From Gammaproteobacteria bacterium (lineage in GTDB: Bacteria > Pseudomonadota > Gammaproteobacteria > Eutrophobiales > Eutrophobiaceae), in contig CBDEUK010000002.1 of NCBI GenBank assembly GCA_965243205.1, positions 1,344,001 through 1,408,000 on the forward strand: a DNA stretch of 64,000 bases, read 5' to 3'. Each line of letters begins with the position of its first letter. Position 1 is the first letter of the stretch. The notes under the pieces were generated by a model. It was not told where the DNA came from. It made no database searches and worked only from the letters and a program-made list of their open reading frames with translations. The translations under genes were made by a program, and so were the position numbers. Of the stretch, positions 61,946 through 64,000 are shown piece after piece.

Positions 61946-62899
61946 TTAATCAATAAACATCGAACTGAGTGAATCACCTTCACAAATTCGACGAATACTT
62001 TCCGCTAACATCGTAGCTACACTCAATTGTCTAATGCGACCACAATTTTTCGCATCTTCACTAAGAGGAATCGTGTCGGTTACAACTAATTCATCCAGCT
62101 CTGAGTTCGTAATATTGTCAATTGCCTTACCGGATAACACAGCATGGGTACAATAAGCTACCACTCGTTCAGCGCCATGTTTCTTCAATGCGCTTGCGGC
62201 ATTACATAAGGTACCTGCAGTATCCACTAAATCATCAACAATGACACACGTTCGTCCTTCCACATCACCAATGATATTCATTACCTCAGAAACATTGGCT
62301 TTAGGACGACGTTTATCAATAATCGCTAACTCGGTATCGTCCAATTGTTTTGCCACAGCCCTGGCTCGAACAACACCACCCACATCTGGGGATACCACTA
62401 CTAAATTATTGTATTTATGTTTCCAAATATCGCCTAATAACACTGGCGAACCATAAACATTATCCAAAGGGATATCGAAAAAACCCTGTATTTGATCAGC
62501 ATGCAAATCGACCGTTAAGGCTCTAGCAATACCAACTGATGAAATCATATCAGCGACAACTTTTGCCGTAATCGGTACTCGTGCTGACCGTGAACGTCGA
62601 TCCTGCCTTGCATATCCCATATAAGGAATAATTGCTGTAACTCTGGCTGCAGATGCTCTTCTAAATGCATCTGCCATAACCAATAATTCAACCAAACTAT
62701 CGTTTGCTGGCCTGCAGATTGACTGGACAATAAAAATATCCCGACTACGGACATTTTCCGCAACCTCAACCATGACTTCGCCGTCGCTAAAACGACCAAC
62801 ATTTATCTTACCCAATGGAAGATTTAAATATCCGGCAATATTCACTGCTAACTCTGGGTTAGCATTACCGGTAAATAGCATTATATTTTCAAGTGACAA
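61946..62899 (-). CDS. prs: Ribose-phosphate pyrophosphokinase
   Basis: [39 protein letters not shown]; TTG start. Confidence 0.99.
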   Translation of the reverse strand: MSLENIMLFTGNANPELAVNIAGYLNLPLGKINVGRFSDGEVMVEVAENVRSRDIFIVQSICRPANDSLVELLVMADAFRRASAARVTAIIPYMGYARQDRRSRSARVPITAKVVADMISSVGIARALTVDLHADQIQGFFDIPLDNVYGSPVLLGDIWKHKYNNLVVVSPDVGGVVRARAVAKQLDDTELAIIDKRRPKANVSEVMNIIGDVEGRTCVIVDDLVDTAGTLCNAASALKKHGAERVVAYCTHAVLSGKAIDNITNSELDELVVTDTIPLSEDAKNCGRIRQLSVATMLAESIRRICEGDSLSSMFID

Positions 62900-62933
62900 A
62901 ATAGCCCCTGAGTCGTTTATTTATTATGGAATT

Positions 62934-63010
62934 TGGCTGGGGCGCCAGGATTCGAACCTGGGAATGCGGGGATCAAAACCCCGTGCCTTAACCAACTTGG
63001 CTACGCCCCA
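62934..63010 (-). tRNA. tRNA-Gln (TTG)
   Basis: TGGGGCGTAGCCAAGTTGGTTAAGGCACGGGGTTTTGATCCCCG...GGCGCCCCAGCCA; conserved position between ispE and prs. Confidence 0.98.
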
Positions 63011-63058
63011 ATAAAACTACTAAAAACCTTCCTGGTAGAATAAATTCAAAAATTACAT

Positions 63059-63913
63059 CTATTTCCCTTGTTTTGCTAAAGCAAGCCGCTCTAGTAAAGG
63101 GGAATCATTCATTGTCCTACATGCGATACCATGCCATCGCTTCGGAAGCTCCTCTAGAGCTTGTTCGGCCATTTCTTGACCAACAAACTCAGCAAATATG
63201 CAAGAACCGGTTCCAGTAAGCTTGGGCTCTGAATATTGAGCCAACCAAGTCATCGCTTCAACTACCTCAGGATAGCGCTTTTTAACCGCTGCCAAGCAAT
63301 CATTATGTCCTCCATCCCTGAGAAAGTCGCGTATTGTGATGGGAGGCGTGTTACGTGTCAAATCTTCTGCATTAAAAATTTCCGCGGTACTAATTTCGCA
63401 ATCTGGACGGACGACTAACAACCAAGCTTCAGCAGGCTCAATTGGAGTAAATTGTTCTCCAACACCCTCTGCAAAAGTCGCTTTACCTTGGATGAATACA
63501 GGGACATCCGCACCTAATTGCAAACCCAACTCCAATAACACATCAGCCGAATAATCCAGCTTCCATAGATAATTCAAAGCAACTAATGTTGTTGCAGCAT
63601 CGGAACTACCTCCACCTAAACCTCCCTGCATCGGTATGGATTTTCGAATTTCCATGTTCACGCCAAACTCGGTTCCGCTACGCTCTTGTAGTAATTTAGC
63701 CGCTTTAACAATTAAATCCGACTCTTCAGAAACGCCTTCGATTATGCTTGTACGAGAGATAGTTCTATCATTAGTTATTTCAAAATCCAGATAATCACAA
63801 TAATCTAAAAACTGAAATACCGTCTGTAAAATATGATATCCATCATCGCGGCGGCCAATAATGTGTAAAAACAAATTTATTTTGGCTGGCGCAGGCCAGT
63901 TAGTAGACTTCAC
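63059..63913 (-). CDS. ispE: 4-diphosphocytidyl-2-C-methyl-D-erythritol kinase
   Basis: PAPAKINLFL, GGLGGGSSDAA, LGADVP, LTGTGSC. Confidence 0.98.
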   Translation of the reverse strand: MKSTNWPAPAKINLFLHIIGRRDDGYHILQTVFQFLDYCDYLDFEITNDRTISRTSIIEGVSEESDLIVKAAKLLQERSGTEFGVNMEIRKSIPMQGGLGGGSSDAATTLVALNYLWKLDYSADVLLELGLQLGADVPVFIQGKATFAEGVGEQFTPIEPAEAWLLVVRPDCEISTAEIFNAEDLTRNTPPITIRDFLRDGGHNDCLAAVKKRYPEVVEAMTWLAQYSEPKLTGTGSCIFAEFVGQEMAEQALEELPKRWHGIACRTMNDSPLLERLALAKQGK

Positions 63914-64000
63914 TGACTAAGTTTCCAATTTTTATTCAAAAGCGTGATCGTTGCATACTGGTTAGATAGAACAATCTTTCCAGGTAAAGAATATTGTTTA
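63910..64000 (-). CDS. lolB: Outer-membrane lipoprotein insertase LolB, 3' end (partial)
   Basis: Manual translation ...KQYSLPGKIVLSNQYATITLLNKNWKLSQ*; TGA overlaps the ispE GTG; conserved lolB-ispE order. Confidence 0.75.
   Translation of the reverse strand, partial: KQYSLPGKIVLSNQYATITLLNKNWKLSQ

Overview
AT-rich gammaproteobacterial chromosome segment, mostly core genes: the 5' half of rpoB, rplL-rplJ-rplA-rplK-nusG-secE-tRNA-Trp-tuf-tRNA(Thr,Gly,Tyr), tsaC-topA-smg-dprA-tsaP, def-fmt-rsmB-DUF4390-ntrY/ntrX-trkAH, pyrD-trmL, gpsA-secB-rhodanese, gpmI-envC-ctpA-yibQ, ubiB-ubiJ-ubiE-DUF971-hslUV, xerC-DUF484-dapF-nfeD-qmcA, rpe-gph-trpEGDC, and ychF-pth-rplY-prs-tRNA-Gln-ispE-lolB (3' end). 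I saw no CRISPR array, IS element, prophage or rRNA. Small accessory signalling modules interrupt this backbone. (1) An AT-rich cassette encodes a NarL/AgmR-like regulator, a secreted SRPBCC (PYR/PYL- or MxaD-like) protein and a CHASE histidine kinase. (2) A kinase-less CheY-CheC-PAS/GGDEF/EAL module sits between xerC and hslV. (3) After trpC come a beta-propeller lipoprotein, a membrane protein with a degenerate GGDEF domain (I-site kept) fused to a His-depleted cupin, an Ald2/FucA-like aldolase and a short BLUF photoreceptor. Modules 1 and 3 are the best candidates for undescribed systems. All family calls come from motif recognition by eye; no database searches were run.
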